NCBI GenBank assembly: GCA_963664705.1
Contig: OY761556.1
Span: 160,001-224,000 of the forward strand
Direction of reading: 5' to 3'
DNA length: 64,000 nucleotides
Source: Acidobacteriota bacterium
GTDB taxonomy: Bacteria > Acidobacteriota > UBA6911
The translations under genes were made by a program, and so were the position numbers. The notes under the pieces are model-generated. The model had not been told where the DNA came from, ran no database searches, and worked only from the letters and a program-made list of their open reading frames with translations. Shown piece after piece: positions 10,114-19,771 of this stretch (positions are counted from its first letter, which is position 1; each line of letters starts with the position of its first letter).

Positions 10114-11130
10114 GTGAAACGAATCGCTCTGATTGCATGGGCTGCCTTTATGGCAGTGATCGGCGGATGCAACTACCGTACCGTGCAGCATGATGAGACC
10201 ATCACGGTTACCGATCAATTGGGGCGAACAGTTGCGGTTCCCCGGCACATGACGCGTGTTGCGGCGCTTTACCATTTTTCCGGAAGGATTGCTTTTGCAC
10301 TGGGGCAGCGGGACCGGTTGGTTGAACAGAGCCTAAGCGGAAAAGAAGCAAAAGCCATGGCATCGATTGATGCAAAATTCGCGGCGATGCCGCGCATTGC
10401 GGATGGACATGGAATCAACTTTGAAAGCCTGCTGGCGCTCAAGCCGCAATGCGCCATCGTATATGCTTCCTTTAGCCGATCGCAGATGGCTCAGCTAGAA
10501 AATGCGGGTATCAAAGTCATCGCGGTCAAAGGGGAAACTTTTGAAGAGAGCCTCGTGGCTGTCCGGCTGATTGCCAGAGTGCTTGATTGTGAGGAAAAGG
10601 GGGAGGAATACATCAGGTCCTGCGAAAGCCTGATGAGTCTCGTGGCTGATCGCATCCGAAATATTCCCCTGCATCAGCGGCTTCGTGTGGTCTTTACCGG
10701 CCCCAAGAGTCTGTACACGGTAGCCACTGGAGAAATGCTTCAGAACCAGGTCCTGGAGACGGCAGGTGCAATCAATGTTGCTTCTTCTCTGAAAGGTTTC
10801 TGGAATGATGTTTCTCCCGAGCAGATTGCGGCATGGAACCCCGATGTCATCCTGCTTGGGTCATCGCTGGATACATATGCGGCGGATGAGGTGCTTCGAA
10901 GTTCGCAATTCCAGTCCATCAAGGCGGTCCGGAATAAGCGCGTGTATGTTTTTCCCTCCAATGTCGGCTGGTGGGATTATCCCGCCCCTCATTGCGCGCT
11001 CGGCGCGCTTTGGACTGCCAGGATTCTATATCCTGATCACTTCAAAGATGTGGACATGCTTCAGGTTGCCGATAACTTTTATCTCAAATATCTGGGCCAC
11101 TCATTCACATCTATGGGCGGAAAGCTTTGA
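10114..11130 (+). CDS. FecB/BtuF-like ABC substrate-binding lipoprotein
   Basis: Lipobox-like IGGC, VTDQLGRTV, EQIAAWNPD, AVRNKRVY, WWDYP. Confidence 0.9.
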   Translation: MKRIALIAWAAFMAVIGGCNYRTVQHDETITVTDQLGRTVAVPRHMTRVAALYHFSGRIAFALGQRDRLVEQSLSGKEAKAMASIDAKFAAMPRIADGHGINFESLLALKPQCAIVYASFSRSQMAQLENAGIKVIAVKGETFEESLVAVRLIARVLDCEEKGEEYIRSCESLMSLVADRIRNIPLHQRLRVVFTGPKSLYTVATGEMLQNQVLETAGAINVASSLKGFWNDVSPEQIAAWNPDVILLGSSLDTYAADEVLRSSQFQSIKAVRNKRVYVFPSNVGWWDYPAPHCALGALWTARILYPDHFKDVDMLQVADNFYLKYLGHSFTSMGGKL

Positions 11131-11181
11131 TCTGACGTCGAACCGGATGATTCCCAACCCGATCCTGCCGGGGTTGTTTGT

Positions 11182-12207
11182 ATGAAAACGCATCACAGGT
11201 TTTTTCTTTTCCTGTTTTTCCTTCTGAGTTTCCTGGTTGCGCTTTCTGTCGGGCGCTATCCCATCGGCCTGACTGGTATCGCTCGCATTCTACTTTCCAA
11301 TCTTGGGATCTGGGGCATTGCTGCACCTGATGCGGATACGCTCATGATTTTCTGGAATGTGCGGCTGCCAAGAATAATTCTGAGTCTGACGATCGGGAGC
11401 GGCATATCTATTGCCGGGGTCGTTTTTCAGGCTTTATTCCGGAATCCCCTTGCTGCGCCTGAAATCCTGGGAGTGACGGCCGGATCCTGTTTCGGCGCGG
11501 CAATGGCTATCATGTTTCTTTCGGGACTGGCCTGGGTGATCCAAAGCAGCGCTTTTGTCTTCGGGATTATTGCGGTTTCTCTTGCCTACCTGCTGTCTTC
11601 ACGCAGTTGGGACCGGAGCGCCTCGGTTCTTGTAATATCAGGAATTGTTGTTTCCGCTTTTTTCCAGGCCGGCCTGTCGTTTCTGATGTATATCGCCAAT
11701 CCATACGATCAGTTGGCGCAAATCATATTCTGGATAATGGGTAGTCTGAATACCGCGTCATGGGCAAAAGTAGAGACCACGTTGCCAGTCGTTTTGATCG
11801 GTTCGGTTTTGGTTGTGGTATTCAGTTGGCGGCTCAATATCATGACCCAGGATGAAGAGCATGCACTGTCGCTTGGAGTCGATGTTGTCCGCTGGCGGCT
11901 GTTTTATGTGGTTGTATGCACATTGATAGTTGGCGCATCGGTAGCCGCGGTTGGGACCATTGCTTGGGTGGGGCTTATCGTTCCTCATATCGGGCGCTAC
12001 CTGTCCGGCATGGATCACCGGAGACTGATTCCCACTGCCGCATTTCTTGGCGGAGCATTTCTTCTGTTAATGGATACGCTTGCCAGGACTATCCTGCCCT
12101 CGGAGGTCCCCATCAGCATTCTGACATCGGTCATCGGCGCGCCATTTCTGGGATATCTTGTTTTGAGCCGGAGAAGCATGGGAGTCTCCAGTGAGCCTGG
12201 CAATTGA
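11182..12207 (+). CDS. FecCD-family ABC permease
   Basis: VRLPR, FRNPLA, WVGLIVPH, EVPISILT. Confidence 0.93.
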   Translation: MKTHHRFFLFLFFLLSFLVALSVGRYPIGLTGIARILLSNLGIWGIAAPDADTLMIFWNVRLPRIILSLTIGSGISIAGVVFQALFRNPLAAPEILGVTAGSCFGAAMAIMFLSGLAWVIQSSAFVFGIIAVSLAYLLSSRSWDRSASVLVISGIVVSAFFQAGLSFLMYIANPYDQLAQIIFWIMGSLNTASWAKVETTLPVVLIGSVLVVVFSWRLNIMTQDEEHALSLGVDVVRWRLFYVVVCTLIVGASVAAVGTIAWVGLIVPHIGRYLSGMDHRRLIPTAAFLGGAFLLLMDTLARTILPSEVPISILTSVIGAPFLGYLVLSRRSMGVSSEPGN

Positions 12208-12970
12208 GAATCTGAGTGCGGGATATAGCGGAATCGAAGTTCTGAAAGGTATCAGCCTGAGTGTCGGGCAGGGAAGTATCTGTGCGCTGATGGGGCGCAA
12301 CGGAAGCGGCAAGACAACCCTGCTGCGGTGCATCAATGCGGTTTTGAAGCCGATGCAGGGCCGGGTTGTGGTCAATGGCATGGATGTTCGTGAGATGTCT
12401 CGAATGGAAGTCGCCCGGTCCATCAGCCTGGTTCCCCAGGGCATCTACAGTGCTTTTTCATTTTCCTGCCTGGAAATGATTTTGATGGGTTCTGCCTCCC
12501 GCCTGAAAGCATGGTCTGCCCCGGGAAAACTCGAGAAGGAAAAGGCCAGGGAGGTGTTGAATGAGGTTGGGATCGATGCGCTGGCGCATCGATCGTTCAA
12601 TCATCTCTCAGGGGGAGAGCGTCAAATGGTGATGCTGGCAAGAGCCTTGTTTCAGGATGCGCCCGTTATGCTTCTCGACGAGCCGAATTCCCACCTCGAT
12701 TTCTCTAATCAGCACAGGGTCATGCAGCTTACGCGGGAACTTGTGAAGAAGCGTGGTGTCACAGCGCTCCTCTCACTCCATGACCCCAATTTGACTCTCT
12801 ATTATTGCGATGAAGTCGCCATGCTGAGGGAAGGCAAGATTACCGCCAGCGGATCTGCCGGTGAAGTAATGAAAGATTCTATTTTGCAGCAAACTCTGGG
12901 CGAAAATATCCAGACTGATGTTACGATAAGCGGCCTGCCGGTTGTGACACCCAGGCTTTCTATAAAGTAA
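12191..12970 (+). CDS. FecE-like ABC ATPase
   Basis: GRNGSGKTT, LSGGERQ, LLDEPNSHLD. Confidence 0.95.
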   Translation: MSLAIENLSAGYSGIEVLKGISLSVGQGSICALMGRNGSGKTTLLRCINAVLKPMQGRVVVNGMDVREMSRMEVARSISLVPQGIYSAFSFSCLEMILMGSASRLKAWSAPGKLEKEKAREVLNEVGIDALAHRSFNHLSGGERQMVMLARALFQDAPVMLLDEPNSHLDFSNQHRVMQLTRELVKKRGVTALLSLHDPNLTLYYCDEVAMLREGKITASGSAGEVMKDSILQQTLGENIQTDVTISGLPVVTPRLSIK

Positions 12971-12978
12971 GGCTCATT

Positions 12979-13986
12979 ATGAAATGCAATTATTGCGAGT
13001 GGGGTTGTGAGCTAAGCGCGCAGTCTTTTGGCGTTTGCCAAATGTATTGTGAGGACCATGGAGTAATCACGGGGCGCTTCCCGAATCGATGGTCCTATTC
13101 TGTTTCGCGTGTCGAAGCGCTCCCTTTTTATCATGCTTATCCAGGAAGCCGTTCTCTGACTATCGGGACAAGCGGCTGCAATTTTAGCTGCCGATATTGT
13201 TCGAACGCCTATATCGCCCGGCGCGATCCTGCCACGGTTGAGGAAAACACCTACTCCATGACGCCGGAAGATCTTGTGCGCATGGCGCAAAAGCTCAATT
13301 GCCATAACATCGTATTCAATGTCAATGAGCCTACCGTTTCTCTGCCCGAGTTGATCGAGCTGAGAAAGCATGCCCAGAAGGCAGGCCTTCCCCTGGGATG
13401 TCTGACTAATGCTTACGGTACTGAGGAGTCGACAGAGATTCTCGCGTCGGTCTTTGATTTTCTGAACATCGGCCTGAAGGGATTTACCTCCGCATTTCAT
13501 CGAGAGTTTATCGGGATCAGGAACATCGAGCCGGTTTTGCGCAACATCCGAAGGCTGGCCGGACTTCGGCATGTCGAGGTGACGACTCCGGTCATCCAGG
13601 GAGTCAACGATGGGGACCTTGATGGGATTGCCGATTTCTTGTCAGGAATCGATGGGGAAATACCCTGGCATGTCTTCCGACTCCTCCCGGAGCATGAAAT
13701 GAAGGATGCCGACTATCCCAGCATTGAGGCAATAAGCCGGGCTCTTCAGGCTTGTCGGGAAAAACTCGTCTATATCTACTTTCACAATTTTGTGGGATCC
13801 GATTGGGTGAATACCGGCTGCCCGCGGTGCCACAAGGAGGTGATTGAACGTTTCAGCCTGGGATGCGGCGGCGACAAGCTCGATTCGTTTAATTGCTCTG
13901 GCAGCGCGTGTCCCGGTTGTGGATACGAAATCAGAATATTAGGCGGGTATGTTCCTCCCCTCGGTGAAAGGAAAGCTGTTTTATGA
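12979..13986 (+). CDS. Radical SAM protein (PflA/AmmeMemoRadiSam-like architecture)
   Basis: CNFSCRYC radical SAM motif; N-terminal CxxCxxxC..GxC; C-terminal CPRC/CPGC. Confidence 0.9.
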   Translation: MKCNYCEWGCELSAQSFGVCQMYCEDHGVITGRFPNRWSYSVSRVEALPFYHAYPGSRSLTIGTSGCNFSCRYCSNAYIARRDPATVEENTYSMTPEDLVRMAQKLNCHNIVFNVNEPTVSLPELIELRKHAQKAGLPLGCLTNAYGTEESTEILASVFDFLNIGLKGFTSAFHREFIGIRNIEPVLRNIRRLAGLRHVEVTTPVIQGVNDGDLDGIADFLSGIDGEIPWHVFRLLPEHEMKDADYPSIEAISRALQACREKLVYIYFHNFVGSDWVNTGCPRCHKEVIERFSLGCGGDKLDSFNCSGSACPGCGYEIRILGGYVPPLGERKAVL

Positions 13987-15116
13987 GCCTGGCGATAGTG
14001 GATGCAAGGGAATGGCAAAACCTGCTCGACCTCAGAACCGGGAAGAAGGTTCAGGATGATCATCCTCAGACTCGGATGGTTCGTGATCTGCTGGCACGGC
14101 ACGCTTATCCGGGCGATGTCAATGTGGAGAGCAATCGATGGGTAACCGATGTTGCGCTGGATCTGATTCGTGAGTATTGCCCGGATCTTGCGTTTCTCTT
14201 CTACTCACACCAGTTTTTTGCGGGACGATACACGCCGATGAATGAGGAGCAGCGGCGTGCGATGATCGAAAGTGTCTTTGGCGAAGTGAGCCGGTTTGTT
14301 CGTGAGTCGGGTTATACCCCGGTCATCGTGGGTTCTGGCGACATGGTGGAGGTTGCCGGCGAGATCGACCTGAGCAAAGCGGATGGCACCGCCATCTCCA
14401 GTCACTGGTCCGCGCGGTATGCCGGGTTGCACCATGCCAGTGCGCGAGATCTTGATCATGTCGCCTCTCTTCCTCAGATTGAGAAAATTGTGCGACGGGA
14501 GGAATGGATTGATCTGATGGGGAATGCCGGGCACCGCGTGGATCGCATTCCGGAGTATCTGCTGGTTGCCCGGGAAGGTTGGACCTTCGCTACCACCGGC
14601 GTTCCTCTTCGCAAAGCCCTGAGGGTTCCTGGTGCCGCATACTCAATTCCAGTAGCCACCTCCCTGGGCGAACCGGCCACAATCCTGGATATTCGAAGAT
14701 TGATTGAACTCAACCTTAAGACGCACAAGATTGCACTCATTATTCTGGAAGGGTTGGGTGTGAGGGATTTTGTGCTCCCGCATGCAGCCTGCACAAACAG
14801 CGTTGATTGGTTCTATTACGAACCAGGAGACGGTCAGTATCTGAGCATGATGACAGGCGAACACCAGGTCTTTGCCTATCCGACTGGATATCAATATCAC
14901 GACGAAAACGATGCGAAACGGGATTTTCCGTTTTCGGGATATTTTCTTGATATTCCTGAGCACACGCTCGGCAGTGACTTTTCCGGAAAGAGTGTTGCCG
15001 TGGGAAACCACAGCATGTTTGTCCATATGGTGTTTGGGGCGGATATCTGTATCGAGTGCTTTGCCCGGAATCTATATAATCAGGGCTGTCTTGGGGTTAT
15101 CCACAGTTTCAAATGA
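13983..15116 (+). CDS. Hypothetical protein with weak alkaline-phosphatase/phosphodiesterase-superfamily resemblance
   Basis: 377-aa ORF coupled by ATGA overlaps at both ends; PDLAFLFY, VIVGSGDM and IALIILEGLG segments. Confidence 0.6.
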   Translation: MSLAIVDAREWQNLLDLRTGKKVQDDHPQTRMVRDLLARHAYPGDVNVESNRWVTDVALDLIREYCPDLAFLFYSHQFFAGRYTPMNEEQRRAMIESVFGEVSRFVRESGYTPVIVGSGDMVEVAGEIDLSKADGTAISSHWSARYAGLHHASARDLDHVASLPQIEKIVRREEWIDLMGNAGHRVDRIPEYLLVAREGWTFATTGVPLRKALRVPGAAYSIPVATSLGEPATILDIRRLIELNLKTHKIALIILEGLGVRDFVLPHAACTNSVDWFYYEPGDGQYLSMMTGEHQVFAYPTGYQYHDENDAKRDFPFSGYFLDIPEHTLGSDFSGKSVAVGNHSMFVHMVFGADICIECFARNLYNQGCLGVIHSFK

Positions 15117-15997
15117 GGAGAGACGTGGCGAATCGAAGTCGGATTTTGGATAAAACGCTGCAGGAACTGCGAGTTCTTTACAAAATGTACCCGCTGGAGC
15201 CCGGAATTTTCGTGAAAGCCGGTCTCAAGCAGGGCTGGAATGTTGTGATTGGAACCCAGGGGCAGTGCGGCATGGCCATGAGTTTTGCCGGCCGCGATGA
15301 TGTTTTCGGAAAGCAGCAGATCGATTGCGATCGGCTCAGGGCATTCATTGGACAAGACCTCTTCCTGCTGGCCGAAACCTACCTTCAGTCGCAGAGCTGG
15401 CATGAGCGCTCCGTTGGCGTGGCCGCGCTTGTGGCACTTTCTCAACCGCTGATCACGCCGGATGCCCTGAGAGCCAGAGGATTTGATGTTCCTTCGGGAG
15501 ACACCGATTTTGCGAGTTGCATACAACCCGATGACATTGTCGCGGTCGTTGGCTATGGCGGAGGCATCAAACGACTGCTTGGGAAGTCCAGAGAGCTTCA
15601 TGTTACAGACCTGCGCCCGCGGCAGGAATTCCAGGCCACACTTGTCAGTGACAAAGGGGTTGGCTTTACGCCTGAGGAGGTTTTTATTCACCCGGAATCG
15701 GATAATGAACCGGTTTTACGCAAGGCAACGGCTGTTGCCATTACCGGATCCTCGCTGGTGAATGGAACTTTTGATGAGCTGCTGGTTTATGCCCGGCGCG
15801 CCCGCCTGATTACGGTCTATGGAGCAAGCGCGGGCTTGATACCGGATGTGCTTCTTGCGGAGGGAGTGCATATGGTGCATTCATCGCGTATTTCCGATCC
15901 TGCGGCTTTCGAGCGGGGCATGATGCAGGACATGAATATGGAAGCCGTCATGCAGGGGACGCAAAAACAGCAGACGATTCGGCGAGACGCACATTGA
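15113..15997 (+). CDS. DUF364-like Rossmann-fold protein
   Basis: ERSVGVAAL..ALSQ, VAVVGY, ITGSSLVNGTFDELL, YGAS. Confidence 0.8.
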   Translation: MRRDVANRSRILDKTLQELRVLYKMYPLEPGIFVKAGLKQGWNVVIGTQGQCGMAMSFAGRDDVFGKQQIDCDRLRAFIGQDLFLLAETYLQSQSWHERSVGVAALVALSQPLITPDALRARGFDVPSGDTDFASCIQPDDIVAVVGYGGGIKRLLGKSRELHVTDLRPRQEFQATLVSDKGVGFTPEEVFIHPESDNEPVLRKATAVAITGSSLVNGTFDELLVYARRARLITVYGASAGLIPDVLLAEGVHMVHSSRISDPAAFERGMMQDMNMEAVMQGTQKQQTIRRDAH

Positions 15998-16031
15998 AAT
16001 AAGGGTTTGCATTTACTGGAAGGAGTGAAAA

Positions 16032-16700
16032 ATGAAACGCTCATTTGTTTTGCTTTGGTTTTTAGTTCCTTCATTGCTGGTGGCGCAGGATCATCCTGGC
16101 GCGAAGTCGAAGGCGGAAATCGAAAAGATGCATCAGGACCCGAAGGCATATATTGCCATGCTGGAAAATCCGCAACGTGATGCCGAACAAAAGCCGGAAG
16201 AGGTTCTCAAAGCCCTCGCAATCAAGCCGGGAGAGGCCATTGCCGATATCGGAGCAGGCTCGGGATACTTTGCCTTCAAGTTTGCCAGGCCCGTCGGAGA
16301 TGGCGGACATGTCTATGCTGTGGACATCAATAGTGACATGATTCTTTTTATGAACCGCAAGATCAGGGACATGAAGCTGAAGAACGTATCGACCATTCTC
16401 TCAGCGCCCGATGATCCATTGATTATCGACGGTTCCGTGAATCGCTTCTTTGTCTGCAATACATGGCACCATGTGCAAAACCGCATAGGCTACCTCGGCC
16501 TTATCAAAAAAGCTCTCAAGCCTGGCGGGCAGATTATCGTGATGGATTACAAGAAAGAACAATTGCCCGTGGGCCCGCCGCCTGAGATGAAGATGGCGCG
16601 TGAAGAAGTGCTGAAGGAAATGGAAGCGGGCGGATTCAAGCTGGAGAAGGAATATACATTTCTGCCCTATCAGTACTTTCTTATTTTTGCGGCAAAATAG
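16032..16700 (+). CDS. Class I SAM methyltransferase-fold protein with signal peptide
   Basis: IADIGAGSGYF, VYAVDI, LKPGG; hydrophobic N-terminus; AAGGAG RBS. Confidence 0.88.
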   Translation: MKRSFVLLWFLVPSLLVAQDHPGAKSKAEIEKMHQDPKAYIAMLENPQRDAEQKPEEVLKALAIKPGEAIADIGAGSGYFAFKFARPVGDGGHVYAVDINSDMILFMNRKIRDMKLKNVSTILSAPDDPLIIDGSVNRFFVCNTWHHVQNRIGYLGLIKKALKPGGQIIVMDYKKEQLPVGPPPEMKMAREEVLKEMEAGGFKLEKEYTFLPYQYFLIFAAK

Positions 16701-16731
16701 CGGCAATGGATAAGCGCCGCAGGTTGGGTTT

Positions 16732-17370
16732 ATGAAGATACGATATTGCATTGGCTTGTTTTTATTGCTGTTGCTGGTTCACTTGTGCTTTGCCGCCTAC
16801 GACGGGCCTCCCGATCTGGATAGGATCGAGAAGCGGATCAATGCTTATGTTCCGGACCGGCAATACCCGGATGACCCGTTTGTCCTCATCTGTGTCCGCG
16901 AGGCGCTTGCCGGAGGGCGGGAGAAGAATGGCGGGATCGGTGCCTGCCTGGTCGAGGAGGCAACGGGAAAAATAGTGGAGGTGGGACATAATCGCCAGTA
17001 TGAGCCCTACTTTCGCAGCGACCTTCATGCGGAAATGGACCTTCTGACCCGCTATGAAGAGAAGATCAAGGCGCGAAGAATCATGGATTCCAGCCTGCCC
17101 ACGGAGGTACAGCGAAAAATAGAGGGGATGGTGCTCTATACTTCTGTGGAGCCTTGTCCCATGTGCATGTCCCGTATTATCAATGCACGGCTCAAAAAAG
17201 CGCTTTATGCCGCTCCGGATCCATCGGGCGGAATGGCGCACAAAATTCAGGACCTGCCAACCTTCTGGCGGGAATTGGCTTCAGGGCGTGTGTATGAACC
17301 GGCCCGCTGTTCGCCGGAGCTGGTCGATATTGCAAAATCCCTTTTTCGTCCCATGGTAAAGACAAAATAA
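16732..17370 (+). CDS. Zn-dependent nucleoside/nucleobase deaminase family protein with signal peptide
   Basis: HAE and EPCPMC motifs. Confidence 0.88.
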   Translation: MKIRYCIGLFLLLLLVHLCFAAYDGPPDLDRIEKRINAYVPDRQYPDDPFVLICVREALAGGREKNGGIGACLVEEATGKIVEVGHNRQYEPYFRSDLHAEMDLLTRYEEKIKARRIMDSSLPTEVQRKIEGMVLYTSVEPCPMCMSRIINARLKKALYAAPDPSGGMAHKIQDLPTFWRELASGRVYEPARCSPELVDIAKSLFRPMVKTK

Positions 17371-17374
17371 AAAT

Positions 17375-17447
17375 GGGGACGTTCCTTCGTCCACCTATTG
17401 GCGCAATGTCACTGCGGACAAGGAAGGTGGACAGGCGGGACGTCCCC
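17375..17447. terminator. Palindrome between convergent genes
   Basis: GGGGACGT/ACGTCCCC outer arms and GTCCACCT/AGGTGGAC inner arms. Confidence 0.5.
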
Positions 17448-17452
17448 AGCGT

Positions 17453-17740
17453 TTATCCGCCGGAGGCTGGCGGTATTATCTGGACTTCATCTCCATCTTT
17501 GAGTGGCGTCTTCATCCCCTCGAGGAATTGAATCATCCGGCCATTGACCATGATCCGGACATAAGCCACGACGGCTCCCGTGTCAGGATCAAAGAAATGG
17601 GAAGTAAGTTCTTTTCCCCACCTCTCTTTCAAGTAGGAAATGAAGTTTTCCATGGTTGAGTCCTGAGGGAGTTCGATCTCCGTCAGTCTTTGACCAATGG
17701 CGTTCTTGATGCCCAAGATAGTATGAAGCGTGATCTTCAT
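17453..17740 (-). CDS. moaD: MoaD/ThiS-family sulfur carrier
   Basis: IMVNGR, LKDGDEV, C-terminal PPASGG; directly downstream of aor. Confidence 0.88.
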   Translation of the reverse strand: MKITLHTILGIKNAIGQRLTEIELPQDSTMENFISYLKERWGKELTSHFFDPDTGAVVAYVRIMVNGRMIQFLEGMKTPLKDGDEVQIIPPASGG

Positions 17741-17751
17741 GGAGTTTGAGC

Positions 17752-19623
17752 CTACAGCTTCAATTCGTCAGCAACGTATTCCAATCGCAATTCAACGAGC
17801 TTAGCCCGCGTGGGTATGCCTGTTTTAACATCCCATCCCCGCTCGGCGTAATACTCGTCAAGCATCCTGTCCAGGTCCTCCCGACTGATCAGTTGTCCCT
17901 TGGATGCTCCCGCCTTTAGAGGTTCGGTCATAAGCCGTTCCGGTAAAGTGTCATCGGCGCGCGTAAACCCTTCGCGCAGATTGAAAGCTTTGGCCAGATT
18001 GGTCAGTCTTTCACCGACCTTCATTACCTCTTCAGTTGTAAAGGGCAATCCGGTTATCGCCTCCATGAGATCCGCCGTGTTCTGACAGGCTATGGTTGGA
18101 ACCGCCATATCCAGAAGGAATTTGCACATGGGAGCGCAGTCGCACGTGACCGCCTGGATATCCTGGTTCCACATTGTCAGCTTGCCTTTGCCTTCTATGG
18201 CAAGGCGATCTACCTGATAGGGGAAGGGGACGCCGAAGATCTCCTGGAAGGCGTAGCCTTTGCAGTGATCTGCGCCAGTATAGGCGGTGGCATAGTTCAA
18301 TCCGTGCGCTTTGGCACCACGCACGTCGTAACCGGCAAGTTCAAGTCCTTTGACCTGGATGGCAAACTTCTCAGTCCCCTTACCTATTCTTTTGGACGCG
18401 GCCAGGCTGCCATCCGCGAGCAGATCTCCGATGCCCTCGCGGAAAGCCATTTTGCGCAGAACCGACATCATCGCCTCGTCATTTCCAAAACGAAGATCGA
18501 TGCCATCGGTATCCTTTGTTGTAAGAAATCCTTTCTCAAAGCATTCCATGGCAAAACCAATCGTTACTCCGGCAGAAACGCTATCGAGGCCCAGTTCATC
18601 CGCAAGCCGGTCTGCAGCAATAACGGCATCGATATTGTCGATGCCGTTATTGCTGCCAAAAGAATAGACAGTTTCAAAGTCAGGGCCTTCGGTCAAAGTT
18701 CCGGTGTAAGTTCCGGTCCTCGCTATCTTCATCTGGCTGCAGCCAACGGGGCAGTCATGGCAGTGTTCTTTGCCTATCTTTCGCGATGTTTGCGATTCCA
18801 AGGCAAGTCCCTCGGGAACAAATTCTCCCGTTCCACTCCAGTTCCTTGCCGACATGATTCCCATGGCGCTGGTGACTTCCGCAACCATAGGGGTTCCATG
18901 TACCGCAAATTCGGAATAGAGCACAGGGCTTTCCTTGAAAGCTTTTAGCAAAGCACTGCGGCTCTTGTTGTACTTTTCCTTGGAGGTGATGGAAACGGTT
19001 TGGGTCCCTCGAATGGCGATCGCTTTCAGATTTTTGGATCCCATAACCGCACCGAGGCCTTTTCGCCCTACTGCGCGCCGCTCGTTAATCATGGCCGCAG
19101 TTTTGCACAGACGTTCCCCCGCCGGGCCTATACAGCAGACTCTAACGTTCTGGTCCCGCAACTCATCCTTGATGATTTGCTGACAGTCAAATGTAAGTGT
19201 TCCCCAACTGTGCGAGGCATCGCGAAATCGCACCTTGTTGTCGTTAATTGCAATATAGGTAGGTTTGTCTGCTTTGCCTTCTATGATAATGACATCCCAG
19301 CCGGCATACTTCATTTCCGCTGGAAATTGCCCGCCGGATAGTGCCAGGCCGACTGCGCCAGTGAGCGGCGACTTTGCTGCTACTGACATTCTGCTCGAAC
19401 AGGGGACTCCTGCTCCGGTAAAAGGGCCAACCGCAAAGATGAGCTTATTGTCGGGGCCAAGAGCATCGGTGCCGGCCTTTACCTCGTCGTAGAGATACTT
19501 GATGCCGAAACCAGCGCCGCCTATGAAGTCCCGGGCAATGGCTTCCGGCAAAGATTCTTCCTTTGATGTTTTTTCTGTCAGGTTAATGCGTAAGACCTTT
19601 CCCCCATAGCCACCAGAGTACAT
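17752..19623 (-). CDS. aor: Tungsten-dependent aldehyde:ferredoxin oxidoreductase family enzyme
   Basis: KSPLTG, GRKGLGAVMGSKNLKAI, CHDCPVGC, EGPDFET, DELGLD, YYAERGWD. Confidence 0.95.
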   Translation of the reverse strand: MYSGGYGGKVLRINLTEKTSKEESLPEAIARDFIGGAGFGIKYLYDEVKAGTDALGPDNKLIFAVGPFTGAGVPCSSRMSVAAKSPLTGAVGLALSGGQFPAEMKYAGWDVIIIEGKADKPTYIAINDNKVRFRDASHSWGTLTFDCQQIIKDELRDQNVRVCCIGPAGERLCKTAAMINERRAVGRKGLGAVMGSKNLKAIAIRGTQTVSITSKEKYNKSRSALLKAFKESPVLYSEFAVHGTPMVAEVTSAMGIMSARNWSGTGEFVPEGLALESQTSRKIGKEHCHDCPVGCSQMKIARTGTYTGTLTEGPDFETVYSFGSNNGIDNIDAVIAADRLADELGLDSVSAGVTIGFAMECFEKGFLTTKDTDGIDLRFGNDEAMMSVLRKMAFREGIGDLLADGSLAASKRIGKGTEKFAIQVKGLELAGYDVRGAKAHGLNYATAYTGADHCKGYAFQEIFGVPFPYQVDRLAIEGKGKLTMWNQDIQAVTCDCAPMCKFLLDMAVPTIACQNTADLMEAITGLPFTTEEVMKVGERLTNLAKAFNLREGFTRADDTLPERLMTEPLKAGASKGQLISREDLDRMLDEYYAERGWDVKTGIPTRAKLVELRLEYVADELKL

Positions 19624-19705
19624 ATAAATCCTCCATTGAGTGGGATTCTCTATGAATATGCCTGTCAGTCAAGGAGGAAATCAAACCAGAGGATAGCCGA
19701 AAACG

Positions 19706-19750
19706 AAAAACGCCACGGATTCCCTGATTTGCGAAATCCGTGGCGTTTTT
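19706..19750 (-). terminator. Intrinsic (bidirectional-type) terminator
   Basis: AAAAACGCCACGGATT / AATCCGTGGCGTTTTT. Confidence 0.75.
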
Positions 19751-19771
19751 CTCAGCTTTTACGCGCTTGCT

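Noticed and set aside
19624-19771. Moco/Wco riboswitch upstream of aor (also looked upstream of tupA, 22539 and 37379)
   Set aside because: Found only a terminator and a sigma70-like promoter, with no recognisable Moco RNA 3' motif by eye. A covariance-model search would be decisive.
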